Origin: Beijerinckiaceae bacterium
GTDB taxonomy: Bacteria > Pseudomonadota > Alphaproteobacteria > Rhizobiales > Beijerinckiaceae
Direction of reading: 5' to 3'
Length of the DNA stretch: 35,806 bases
NCBI GenBank assembly: GCA_044368425.1
Contig: JBIPLL010000001.1
Span: 1-35,806 of the forward strand
The position numbers and the translations under genes are program-made. Below the pieces are notes generated by a model. It saw only the letters and a list, made by a program, of their open reading frames with translations, was not told where the DNA came from and made no database searches. Positions 35,157 to 35,806 of the stretch are shown here, in pieces (positions within the stretch are counted from its first letter, which is position 1; the number at the start of each line of letters is the position of its first letter).

Positions 35157-35806
35157 TTATCCGCGCGGCAGGGGCTCCAGCTCCCGCTGCGCCTGTCCGA
35201 GCCAGTCCCGCACGGTCTCGAGCTTGCCGAACAGGTGGGTGCGCAGGATGCGGCCGAGGTCCTCGCCACGCCTTTGCTCGAGGGCGGCGAGGATATCCTC
35301 GTGCTCCTTCACGGCGAGATCCCAGCGCTCGGGTGTCATCGTCGCCAGATAGCGGGCATTCTTGATCCGCGACGAGAGCCCGCGATAGACGCTCTTGAGC
35401 GTTTCGTTGCGCGTGGCATCCAGAATGGCCTCGTGGATCGCCTGGTTTGTCCTGAAATAGGGCTGCAGCCGCTGCCGCCTCCAGTGCTCGAGCATCTGGG
35501 CATGAAGCGTTCGCACCCGCTCCAGTTCCTCGGGCGTGATGAACCGGCAGGCCAGTTCCCCAGCAACAGCCTCGAGCGCGGCAATCACGGGGTAAACCTC
35601 GTCGATTTCCTCCAGCGTCAGGGTGCTGACGACCGCCCCCCGGTTGGGGCGCAGCGTGACGATCCCCTCGGATGCCAGAACCTTGAGCGCCTCCCGCAAC
35701 GGGGTTCGCGACACGCCGAAACGCTCGCACAGCTCGCGTTCCGGCACCTTCGTGCCCGGGAGGATCTCGCCATCGGTGATGAGGGCTCGCAGACGCTCCA
35801 CCAGCT
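35157..35806 (-). CDS. GntR-family transcriptional regulator (FCD subfamily), N-terminus cut by the right window edge
   Basis: wHTH block ERELCERFGVSRTPLREALKVLASEGIV. The reading frame stays open to position 35806, and the track start at 35801 is a GTG inside the helix preceding the HTH, so the true start is probably outside the window. Confidence 0.88.
   Translation of the reverse strand, partial: LVERLRALITDGEILPGTKVPERELCERFGVSRTPLREALKVLASEGIVTLRPNRGAVVSTLTLEEIDEVYPVIAALEAVAGELACRFITPEELERVRTLHAQMLEHWRRQRLQPYFRTNQAIHEAILDATRNETLKSVYRGLSSRIKNARYLATMTPERWDLAVKEHEDILAALEQRRGEDLGRILRTHLFGKLETVRDWLGQAQRELEPLPRG

Overview
This is a GC-rich window with strong GC3 codon bias, typical of a denitrifying alpha-proteobacterial chromosome. 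It is almost fully coding. I saw no rRNA, tRNA, CRISPR array, transposase or integrase.

From left to right the window contains:
1. The start of a respiratory nitrate reductase locus on the minus strand: fused narK, narG, and a narH that is cut by the window edge. A cysteine-less Crp/Fnr regulator (NarR/NnrR-like) is transcribed divergently, and two FNR-type boxes sit in the shared control region.
2. A translationally coupled three-gene module on the plus strand (8996-12672). It encodes a distantly TelA-like helical protein, a single-pass membrane protein, and a long coiled-coil protein with a Gly/Ser tail. None has a recognisable catalytic motif. This is the best candidate here for an undescribed system.
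3. A roughly 15 kb, 16-gene minus-strand operon (12709-27849) full of C-N and C-C hydrolases with an embedded Liv-type ABC importer. It includes an alpha/beta hydrolase, an isochorismatase-like protein, an HpcH aldolase, OsmC, two PuuE-like deacetylase paralogs flanking an FAH hydrolase, an amidase with a small AtzG-like partner, an amidohydrolase_2 and a lone molybdenum hydroxylase large subunit. A GntR/FCD regulator is divergent from it. It is probably a catabolic island for an N-heterocycle or amide of unknown identity.
4. A frameshift-decayed PBP-domain regulator remnant and an AhpD-like CMD gene.
5. A minus-strand SDR / acyl-CoA dehydrogenase / acyl-CoA synthetase / APH-type kinase operon with an upstream GntR. 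Its gene content matches the lva-type (4-oxo/4-hydroxy acid) pathway.

All homology calls come from motif reading and memory of the families. No searches were run.
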